A stretch of DNA of 40,000 nucleotides from the NCBI GenBank assembly GCA_052400685.1, contig JBQTGJ010000020.1; one strand, 5' to 3'. This document shows, in pieces, positions 16,882 through 24,945 of this stretch. Position 1 is the stretch's first letter. Each line of letters starts with the position of its first letter. Below the pieces are notes generated by a model that was not told the origin of the DNA, searched no databases, and saw nothing but the letters and a program-made list of their open reading frames with translations. Both the position numbers and the translations under genes were made by a program. This stretch comes from Geofilum sp. OHC36d9. GTDB lineage: Bacteria > Bacteroidota > Bacteroidia > Bacteroidales > Marinilabiliaceae.

Positions 16882-17491
16882 TATTATGAATTTTGCCCAT
16901 TTTAGGTATTATGTGAATAAGGAATTGTTGGTTTTTATATTCATCTTTCCCAGAATATTCCCTGATTCCTTCGGTACCACTACCAGAAATTTGAATTTCA
17001 CAATCTATCGCATTAAAGATTATACCATTTGATTTCCAAAAGCGATAAAGAGACAAAGCCCTTTCATAGCTAAGTTCGTAATTGCGTGAATAATTATCTT
17101 TCGATGCCATACCTTCAATTACAACAAGATACTTAATATCAAATTTCTCAAAATTCTGCTGATTTTTAAGCTCAGTTATTAAATTCGAAATAGAATTACC
17201 CACTTTAATTAAATATTTATAATATTTGGGGTTGATGTAAGAACTGCCACTCTGAAATTGAATTTGCTTATTTAATTTGAAGCGTTTGTATTCTGGTTGG
17301 TATTCAAAATACTCTTCTGGCAATTTTTGAACGGCAATATGTAATTCTTGAATTTTTACTAGTTGTTCCTTAATATCCTCGATGTTGTACTTTAAATACC
17401 CAATTGTAACGACAAATAGCACAAGCATCACAAAAAACAGACTTGTCATCAAATCAGAATAACTTATCCAAAAAATATTATCCTTTTTCAT
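16871..17491 (-). CDS. MotB/ZorB-like protein 2 (TM plug with conserved Asp plus OmpA-like C-domain)
   Basis: FWISYSDLMTSLFFVMLVLFVV (compare MotB [21 protein letters not shown]). C-terminal NYELSYERALSLYRFWKSNGI...ISGSGTEG is OmpA-like. TAATG overlap with the upstream gene. Confidence 0.7.
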   Translation of the reverse strand: MKKDNIFWISYSDLMTSLFFVMLVLFVVTIGYLKYNIEDIKEQLVKIQELHIAVQKLPEEYFEYQPEYKRFKLNKQIQFQSGSSYINPKYYKYLIKVGNSISNLITELKNQQNFEKFDIKYLVVIEGMASKDNYSRNYELSYERALSLYRFWKSNGIIFNAIDCEIQISGSGTEGIREYSGKDEYKNQQFLIHIIPKMGKIHNNEE

Positions 17492-18210
17492 TAATTCGAT
17501 CTATTTTGGACTTTCGGAATAATTTGAATAGAAAATCGTTTGTTATTTTCTTCTAAATTATCTCTGCATAGGCCATTAAAGCCACTACCACAAAGCATTA
17601 TTTCAGTATTGTATTTCCGCAGATCGATGTTGTTTTTGTTCCATAAATCATACACGGCTAATGCTCGCTCGAAGCTCTTTTTATAACCATATTTATTGTC
17701 AACACTATAAGATCTATCATAAGTATTTGCCATATTTCCTTCAATGACTAATAAATATGATAATTCAGGAGTTTTCATATATAGATCTTTCAGAAAATCC
17801 TCTATTTCATAGCCAATATTTATAGTAGTACTTACAAACTTTCTTTTTATAACCGACTTATTAGGTTCAAAAATTTCTTGTCCAAGTAGATCTTTAACTA
17901 GGTACTTTTTACAATTAGGAAGGTAAATAAACTTACCGCTTTCTTCTAGAGGTTTAAATTGTTCTTCAATTTTCAGTAATTTATCTTGTTGTTTTACTGT
18001 AATAATTAATTTTTCATTGGCGGTTTTAAGTTCTGTTATAAGTGTTTCTGTTTCCTGCTCTTTTTCTCTCAACTGCGTAATTAATTCTTCATTGTTAAAC
18101 ATTTGGTTTTTTAAATAACCTATTGTAACGACAAATAGCACAAGCATCACAAAAAACAGACTTGTCATCAAGTCAGAATAACTTATCCAAAAAATATTAT
18201 CCTTTTTCAT
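17491..18210 (-). CDS. MotB/ZorB-like protein 1 (TM plug, coiled-coil linker, OmpA-like C-domain)
   Basis: The N-terminal 34 aa are identical to the paralog. A coiled stretch follows (QLREKEQETETLITELKTANEKL), then KKSFERALAVYDLWNKNNI...LCGSGFNG. Confidence 0.7.
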   Translation of the reverse strand: MKKDNIFWISYSDLMTSLFFVMLVLFVVTIGYLKNQMFNNEELITQLREKEQETETLITELKTANEKLIITVKQQDKLLKIEEQFKPLEESGKFIYLPNCKKYLVKDLLGQEIFEPNKSVIKRKFVSTTINIGYEIEDFLKDLYMKTPELSYLLVIEGNMANTYDRSYSVDNKYGYKKSFERALAVYDLWNKNNIDLRKYNTEIMLCGSGFNGLCRDNLEENNKRFSIQIIPKVQNRSN

Positions 18211-18689
18211 TAATTCGACTTTAGTTCATAAATCCAGTATAAAAGAATTAGTCCAAGGTTAATTAGAATTAGTAAAAGGCCTAATAAAAAAAGGACAATT
18301 GAGGAAGGAGAAATGAAAAAGAAATAAATCAATGAAAAAATTACTAATTCGGTTATCAATTCAATTTTATTGCCAATTTGTTGTGAAAGCTGCAGGTAGC
18401 AGCAGATAGTGTACAATATAACCCATACTACAGCTATAATACTTAGTAAAATTGTACACATCTTTCCTATTACTTTTACAACAAGAGGTAATGCAACATC
18501 TGAATAAAATAATGAAAAAAGATTCGGGAGTTTAAAAAAGTCAAAGGAAGAACCACTTTCTTCAAATAAAGGATTAAAAACCGCCCCATACGTCATTAAT
18601 GAAAACCCAAGCAAAAGTATTGGGATCAAGGCAATAATTAACAAGGTTTTTTCCCAACCTTGTAATGTTTTGATAAGATTCAAACGCAT
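18210..18689 (-). CDS. Small polytopic membrane protein (about 4 TM)
   Basis: Hydrophobic segments LLIIALIPILLLGF, CTILLSIIAVVWVILYTICC, LVIFSLIYFFFI and LFLLGLLLILINLGLILLYW. Translationally coupled on both sides. Confidence 0.6.
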   Translation of the reverse strand: MRLNLIKTLQGWEKTLLIIALIPILLLGFSLMTYGAVFNPLFEESGSSFDFFKLPNLFSLFYSDVALPLVVKVIGKMCTILLSIIAVVWVILYTICCYLQLSQQIGNKIELITELVIFSLIYFFFISPSSIVLFLLGLLLILINLGLILLYWIYELKSN

Positions 18690-18690
18690 A

Positions 18691-20223
18691 TTAAAATATT
18701 TTCTTTATTACTTTAACAAGGCTAACAGAGCCATCTGACCCTTTAGAAATCACGTGTTTGGAGAAACTTCCATTTGTAGGTACTTTGCTGTTTCGTGACT
18801 GACGATTTCTTAAACCAGCCTCAATAGAACTCAATTTGTCCAACAACGATTGATTTTGCTGCATATTTTTAATGGAACTATTAATATCTTTCATCAGTTC
18901 CAAATTGTCAAGTTGGTTAAACTTTGGAATTGAATCAGAATAAGCATCTTTAAATGATTCAATATATTGAGAGGTAATATTATTCAGATTCCCTTCAATG
19001 TGTTTATAAATACTTTCCAGTTTTTCCTCGTGACTACCGGCACTTTTATACAGGTTACTGATCATTTCTTCGGTTCTGTTTTTTAAAGCATTAATAGATT
19101 CTTCAAAGTGCGATTCTACGATTCCAACAGATTTCAAGGCGGCATTTCCTGAATTTTCAATTTTATCAAAATGGGCAGAAAGAAATCTTGTTAATTGCCT
19201 TGATTCAACGAGAGTGTCATCAATACCGTTTATAACTTTATTAACATCTGATGTACGGTTGGCAAATTCCAGCAGTTGAGAAGTTATTCGCTCCATATTG
19301 GCTATGTAAGCAGAAAACTTGTTGAGAGATTCCATATTGTTTTCCAACTTCTCAAAGAGTTCTAAATTCCATTTTGAAACTTTTAGAACTTCCATATTGT
19401 CAACTTTTTCGATTACATCTTTTTGTAATTCAAGATTTTCACCTGTTTGATTCGCAGCTGTTAACACATTGTCCGAAATATTAGTTGCAACTCTCGCAAA
19501 CCTGTCTAAGCTTGCTTTTAAGCCAGAGACTCCTGTATCTTCGGCCTTTATCAACTCAGGAAGAAGCTTGGCTTGCATATAAGTTAACTGCTCATTTTTA
19601 TCTTTCTGCACAATGCGTCTGGCTTTTTTATAGGAAAAAGAAGAAAGATATGTTGTACAAGCTAACCCCGACAAACTACCGAGCATTGCAATTTTAACAC
19701 CACCGATTAAATCATTAACCCCTAAAGAAAATCCATCTCCATTTAATTCAGGCATTGAGAATAAACCGAAAATAATACCAATCATTGTTGCCGCAAGGCC
19801 TAAATAAAGAGGAAGTGTTACTGATTGCGATATCTCGTCGTCTTTAACAGCTATTTCTCTGTCAACAATATCTTTTATAATGCTAAAATTAACTGCAGCA
19901 CCATAATTATTAATGAGATAAGTATTTATTGCTTTCTTGATTTGAGAAATAACTTCATTTCTTCCTTCGGTATCAATCAAGGACAATTTTACGATGTCAT
20001 CATCTGCAATTTCAGAAAAGGATTCTTCATATTGAACATCGGTTGAATCAAAATCAACAGCCCCAATTTTTTCTTTCTCAACAAAACCAGTTCTTAGAAA
20101 TAGCTTAAATGAAAAGATGTTTTTTAATTTAGAGATATTCAAATGCACCTTGTAGGTGTGAAGTAATTGATATATAATAACTCCAACAATTATTGCTATT
20201 TCTATTTTATGCCAAAGATTCAT
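18691..20223 (-). CDS. MotA/ExbB/TolQ-family channel protein with long C-terminal helical tail (ZorA-like architecture)
   Basis: TM1 is IEIAIIVGVIIYQLL. A ~110-aa loop follows, then LPLYLGLAATMIGIIFGLFSM...GVKIAMLGSLSGLACTTYLSSF (compare ExbB/TolQ PxxGLxGTVxGIxxxF...GIxxALxxTxxGL). The remaining ~300 aa are E/K/L/N/S-rich and predicted helical. Confidence 0.6.
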   Translation of the reverse strand: MNLWHKIEIAIIVGVIIYQLLHTYKVHLNISKLKNIFSFKLFLRTGFVEKEKIGAVDFDSTDVQYEESFSEIADDDIVKLSLIDTEGRNEVISQIKKAINTYLINNYGAAVNFSIIKDIVDREIAVKDDEISQSVTLPLYLGLAATMIGIIFGLFSMPELNGDGFSLGVNDLIGGVKIAMLGSLSGLACTTYLSSFSYKKARRIVQKDKNEQLTYMQAKLLPELIKAEDTGVSGLKASLDRFARVATNISDNVLTAANQTGENLELQKDVIEKVDNMEVLKVSKWNLELFEKLENNMESLNKFSAYIANMERITSQLLEFANRTSDVNKVINGIDDTLVESRQLTRFLSAHFDKIENSGNAALKSVGIVESHFEESINALKNRTEEMISNLYKSAGSHEEKLESIYKHIEGNLNNITSQYIESFKDAYSDSIPKFNQLDNLELMKDINSSIKNMQQNQSLLDKLSSIEAGLRNRQSRNSKVPTNGSFSKHVISKGSDGSVSLVKVIKKIF

Positions 20224-20224
20224 A

Positions 20225-21601
20225 TTAGTAGAGTTTTATCTTAATTTTATTTTCAGTGTCAATCATCCAACGATCATTTAAACGAGTCACTTTGCCGCTA
20301 TGAATTAGTCCGATTTTTGTGGCAGTAGATGAATTTGTAATGTTTTCGATATCGCAAACAGGCTTTAAGTAGGATTCTAAGCGGTTAATTGCCCTTTGGT
20401 CTCTATCGCCCGACAAATAAAACAGTTCCCCTTTGGTTGAAGATTCTTTAAATTCAATCTTGAAATATTTTTTCCCATCATTTGAAATCTCACCATTTGA
20501 AATTAGAAAGCTGCCATCACTTTCGGGCATTGAAAAATAAATCTTTTTTATTTGTTTTGTTGGCTGGTCTAGAGCGCTTTCTGATAGGGCATTATATGTA
20601 TCTGCTTTACCCTCATCCTTCGAAATAAATTTTTGTTCAACCCTTTTTTTTAAATCAGCGTTTTCTTCCGAAAGTTCTTTCGTTTTCTTTTCTAAGGATG
20701 ATATTTTTTTTCGTAGATCGTCAATACCGCTACCTCTGTTGGTATTAGCTAATTGACATTCCTTTTTATACTTGCTTTTTTGTTTTTGTAAGCAAAATAC
20801 AACTCTTAAATATCCAAATAAGAATCGTTTATTATTTCCCGCTTGTGAATAATCATTGTATTTCCGTTCATCTTCTTCATTGACAATCGACTTAATCTTG
20901 TTTTTGGTAATTAAAAAAATAAAAAGCCCTCCAATCATAAGCCCTGTAATGAAAACACCTCCGTATAAAAAAATTGTATTACTAAGAATCTGATTTGTAT
21001 TTCTTTTTTGGGTTAATTTTGGTTGTAGGTCTTTTTTAGGTATTTTATCTTCGATCTTAACAGATTCCGATTTATTTTCAATTAATTTTTTTGCTTCTTG
21101 ATGAAATGCAGAAAGAGATTGATTATACTTAAGAACTATCTCCTTTGTTTTTTCGTTCCAATAGTCATGATTATTGTTGCGACCTGGAATTACAGTTACT
21201 AAATCATTACTACCTGGTTTTGTACATCTAAAAAAAGACTCATTCAAAGGTATTTTACTCTCAAAATTCTTTTTCAGAGGGACGAAAAGTTTCTTTCTGG
21301 TTCCACTCCAGTAATTCTCATTTAAGAACTTTGAAATTTGAGTGAAAGTTGGTAGTGTTTCTTTTAAATCAATATCTTGAATAAAAGCTTCGAAGTATTT
21401 GTCTTTACCAACTATTTCATTTTTTGCAGCTGATTCGCCCACAGTAGTGATATAATCTTGCATATATGCATAGGTCGCTTCAATTACACCTCTCTTAGCC
21501 CAATAATTATATGCTTCTGTTGAATCTTTGAACAGGCTTTGTGCAAATGAACCTTGCACAAAGCCTGTTAATATGATAAAAAATATTAGTCTTTTATTCA
21601 T
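20225..21601 (-). CDS. Bitopic membrane protein: signal peptide, ~190-aa exo-domain, TM, cytoplasmic coiled coil plus C-domain
   Basis: MNKRLIFFIILTGFVQGSFAQ; TM IFLYGGVFITGLMIGGLFIFLI; DDLRKKISSLEKKTKELSEENADLKKRVEQ. No recognisable enzymatic motif. Confidence 0.55.
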   Translation of the reverse strand: MNKRLIFFIILTGFVQGSFAQSLFKDSTEAYNYWAKRGVIEATYAYMQDYITTVGESAAKNEIVGKDKYFEAFIQDIDLKETLPTFTQISKFLNENYWSGTRKKLFVPLKKNFESKIPLNESFFRCTKPGSNDLVTVIPGRNNNHDYWNEKTKEIVLKYNQSLSAFHQEAKKLIENKSESVKIEDKIPKKDLQPKLTQKRNTNQILSNTIFLYGGVFITGLMIGGLFIFLITKNKIKSIVNEEDERKYNDYSQAGNNKRFLFGYLRVVFCLQKQKSKYKKECQLANTNRGSGIDDLRKKISSLEKKTKELSEENADLKKRVEQKFISKDEGKADTYNALSESALDQPTKQIKKIYFSMPESDGSFLISNGEISNDGKKYFKIEFKESSTKGELFYLSGDRDQRAINRLESYLKPVCDIENITNSSTATKIGLIHSGKVTRLNDRWMIDTENKIKIKLY

Positions 21602-24600
21602 CGTCCGTTTTCTTTTCAGCGAGTGCGTAAGACAATTTATTTAGTATTCCTATTAAAGGATAAAAGAACAAAGTTTCTTCTATTTTAGAGTCTGGCTTTT
21701 TGTAGTATGCTTGTATTCCCCTTACAAGAAAATCATTTATTCCTGATTCTCTTTCTTGTTGAAAAATTGAATAGGCATCAGTCTCTATAATGTATTTTGA
21801 CTCTATATTAATGGTTTGAATATACTCATCTAAGATTGAATAAAAATCTTTGATGGTTTCTTCAATTTGTAATTTGTGTGTGTCATTCAATTCTCCATAT
21901 TTTGGAATGTTTTGGACATCCACTTCTCTATCAAACACTTTTCCCCAGCTATCATCCTGAGTACCACCAATCCAGAATTTAATTGGTGATTCTTTTATGC
22001 TGTCGTCAAGATTAGCTTTTAATGCTCCTTTACAAGTAACTTCTTTAGGAATAGATGACAGTTTTATTTGTAGTTTTTCTCTTGATTTTTCGCTGTAAAC
22101 ACTTTCAAAAATGTATTGAAACAAATTTGAAATATTTTTCAAATTTGAGGATGCATCAATAATTGATGCTGATTTAGACGCTGTACCACTTAATAAGACA
22201 TGTTTAGGAATACCAATACCTGATTTTTTAAGCAGGTTCGCAGAATAGTAAGCGATCGCTCCATAAAACACGAATATTGAAAGTTTCAACCTATTATTCT
22301 TTTGCAGTAACCTTGTATAGCTAAATTCATTTGACTCATCTTTTTCCAGTGCAAAAAGGAAACTACTAAAATCGGAGGAGTTTTTTCTGGTGTTTAATAT
22401 ATTGTCTAAAATTCCTTTTAATTGTCCAAATTCATTTTTATCAGTGCTTTTAATCGCATCTAAAGCTGCATCTTTAAATGTCTTAACAAAGCCATTTCTA
22501 TCCGAGTTGTTCTTAAATTCATCGGAAGGATACCCATCTCCAAAAATAGCATTGCCGGCAAACTTAAAAGAAGAGATCAGTTTTGCTTTTTTATCATCTT
22601 CATCAAACACCGCAATATCAGATGAACCACCACCAATGTCAATTGATAAGCTTAAACCAGCTACAGAGGATTTGTAATATAAATAAGGAGCAATACTCTC
22701 AGGTATGCTTTTTATTCCGGTATCCGAATTTTGTTTAAACGCCCTTTGATAAACATTCTTCCAGAGTCTGGAAAACACTTCCAGTTCTCCTTCATCCATA
22801 CTTACCGGATAAAACCAGGTAATTGTTGAATTTGCAGGGCTACCACCTAATTGAAGTGTTTTGTAAAATGCAATTGTCGTTAAAAATTCTAAATACGATT
22901 CAACTTTCTTTTCATCAATTGTATTTGCATAATTGCTCCATTTTAACTGAGTGTTTAGTTCAAGGTAGTTTGGCACACTTCGTTTTTCAAGTAGCAAATA
23001 ATTATTAACCTGTCTGATAATATCTACTTTGTTATTAAAATCAACGTCTTTATTATGAACAAGGGCAGACCTTAGAGGAAACCTTAATCCGTTACCATTT
23101 GAAAACACAAATGGTAAAATTTCTTGCTCAAAAGTATTCTCATTTTCAATATACACCGGGTCAATACCACTTGCGTTTCTGTTAATTAGTGATTGCCAAA
23201 GAGGTTTAGTTGGTGTGTTGTCAAGAGAAATTGAATCATTATCTCCAAGTTTGTATTCAATATGGGTATTTGTTGTACCGAAATCAATCGCAAAATTTAC
23301 TTTGGATGTTCCTTTGGCTGTATTCATTATTGGTATAACAAACCCAGTTTTTGAGTTTACAGAAATACCAAATGCCTCAGGCTGATTTTCTACTTTAAAA
23401 TATTTACTGACTAATTCACCTCCACCTCCGGGATTTCTCGTAATTGCAGAATTAGTCAATTGTTGCTCACCATTTTTAAATGTGGTTAAACTTATTTTAT
23501 TTGATTCATCTAAACTGTAATCAAGTAAGCCGATGATATGTGTTAATTCGAAATCATTTGATTTTAAAAATGGAAAAATAGCTAAATGCACATCTAATTT
23601 CTCAATATTTTTGTCAGCTGTAGAATATTGCCTCTTAAATATAATTTCGCCCCCTTTAACCGGTATTTTAAGCTCAGCATCCACATTTCCACCAGCGCGT
23701 TCTTTTAGGCTTAAATATTGATTCGCTTTTTCTGCCTTAAAATATTTAAAAAATGTTGATGATAAAGGCAAAAGGTGTTTTTTTGAACCGCACGTAATAA
23801 ACTTTGAATCGTCAATTGGGTATGGCAATTCAATAATTTTATCTTCAAAAAAATTGCCAATTGTCAACCAATAATACGGGTCATTTTGTATCGGTAATTT
23901 TGATTTATTTGGTACATCTGTGTTTTTATAGACAATCTGTGTTTTTTCATCCCACAAGATACCTTTAGTTGTATATGTCCATTTCTTTGAAAATGGATAT
24001 TGGGGTAAAATAAGAGGCTTAACTTCATTGTACAAAAAATCAGACTTGATAACAAAATCACTTTCAGTAGAGATGCTCCCTGTATCAGTTTCCTGAACGC
24101 CAAGTTTTATATTCAACACTTCACAAATATCATTTTCATTCTCTAATACTGTGCAAGCTTTGTATTCTGTCAGATGGCTAGCTTCTATATCTGTAATTTT
24201 CCGATTTAAGTCTCCACTCAAATGTTCTTTTACCTTTTCCAGATACTCGTAAACTTCGGGGAAATAATGAGCAAATTTAGGCTGTTTAGCTAAGGTGTAA
24301 AAGTATTCAATAAAAGACGATTCTCTTTCTGACAAAGGCGCATACTCGTTATCAAAAAGTTTGTCTTGCCCTATGCGAATATCCAACTTACTTGTTACTT
24401 TTCTTACGTCAGGAGAAGCGAAAAACAAGGTGGCAGGAGAAGTGCCGCCAATAATGTTGTTCGTTTCTTTATTCAGAATAAAATACAATCTATTTGTTTT
24501 CTCAAAATTGTATAATACTTCATTACCTATTTCGTCCTCTTCTACACTATCCTGATTCCAAAATAATTGAAGCGTATCAACGTATTTTTTGTGTATTTTG

Positions 24601-24944
24601 TTACCATTCTCTTTTAACTCTTTAAATCTATCTTTAGGACTCCAGGCAATAATGCGAATTTTACTGCCGAATTTTGGAGAAGTAAAGAAAAGTTGAGCGA
24701 CATCAAGCGCATCAGACACCAATTTATGGTGGGCTGTATTGCCTTTTATTTTATTCTCTGAAACCCACTTAAACGCAGATTTTACCAAATCAATTGTTGC
24801 AAAGGGTGTCGGAATAGATGTTGCAACGTCTTTACCTTCTGTTTTTATTGTCTTCAGTTGGTCAGAAGTAATTATCCCACTTTTAAACCACCCTGTTTCT
24901 TCTGTGATACCTCCTTCGTGGAGTCTGAATATTTTTTTAGCCAT
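21594..24944 (-). CDS. Large protein (1116 aa) with actin/Hsp70-like (ASKHA) ATPase domain in its C-terminal half
   Basis: Phosphate-1 NFAIDFGTTNTHIEY (nt 23265-23285 encode DFGTTNT). Phosphate-2 LSIDIGGGSSDIAVF (nt 22617-22640). Adenosine-like HVLLSGTASKS. The ~540-aa N-terminal region has no motif I recognise. Confidence 0.65.
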   Translation of the reverse strand: MAKKIFRLHEGGITEETGWFKSGIITSDQLKTIKTEGKDVATSIPTPFATIDLVKSAFKWVSENKIKGNTAHHKLVSDALDVAQLFFTSPKFGSKIRIIAWSPKDRFKELKENGNKIHKKYVDTLQLFWNQDSVEEDEIGNEVLYNFEKTNRLYFILNKETNNIIGGTSPATLFFASPDVRKVTSKLDIRIGQDKLFDNEYAPLSERESSFIEYFYTLAKQPKFAHYFPEVYEYLEKVKEHLSGDLNRKITDIEASHLTEYKACTVLENENDICEVLNIKLGVQETDTGSISTESDFVIKSDFLYNEVKPLILPQYPFSKKWTYTTKGILWDEKTQIVYKNTDVPNKSKLPIQNDPYYWLTIGNFFEDKIIELPYPIDDSKFITCGSKKHLLPLSSTFFKYFKAEKANQYLSLKERAGGNVDAELKIPVKGGEIIFKRQYSTADKNIEKLDVHLAIFPFLKSNDFELTHIIGLLDYSLDESNKISLTTFKNGEQQLTNSAITRNPGGGGELVSKYFKVENQPEAFGISVNSKTGFVIPIMNTAKGTSKVNFAIDFGTTNTHIEYKLGDNDSISLDNTPTKPLWQSLINRNASGIDPVYIENENTFEQEILPFVFSNGNGLRFPLRSALVHNKDVDFNNKVDIIRQVNNYLLLEKRSVPNYLELNTQLKWSNYANTIDEKKVESYLEFLTTIAFYKTLQLGGSPANSTITWFYPVSMDEGELEVFSRLWKNVYQRAFKQNSDTGIKSIPESIAPYLYYKSSVAGLSLSIDIGGGSSDIAVFDEDDKKAKLISSFKFAGNAIFGDGYPSDEFKNNSDRNGFVKTFKDAALDAIKSTDKNEFGQLKGILDNILNTRKNSSDFSSFLFALEKDESNEFSYTRLLQKNNRLKLSIFVFYGAIAYYSANLLKKSGIGIPKHVLLSGTASKSASIIDASSNLKNISNLFQYIFESVYSEKSREKLQIKLSSIPKEVTCKGALKANLDDSIKESPIKFWIGGTQDDSWGKVFDREVDVQNIPKYGELNDTHKLQIEETIKDFYSILDEYIQTINIESKYIIETDAYSIFQQERESGINDFLVRGIQAYYKKPDSKIEETLFFYPLIGILNKLSYALAEKKTDDE

Positions 24945-24945
24945 T

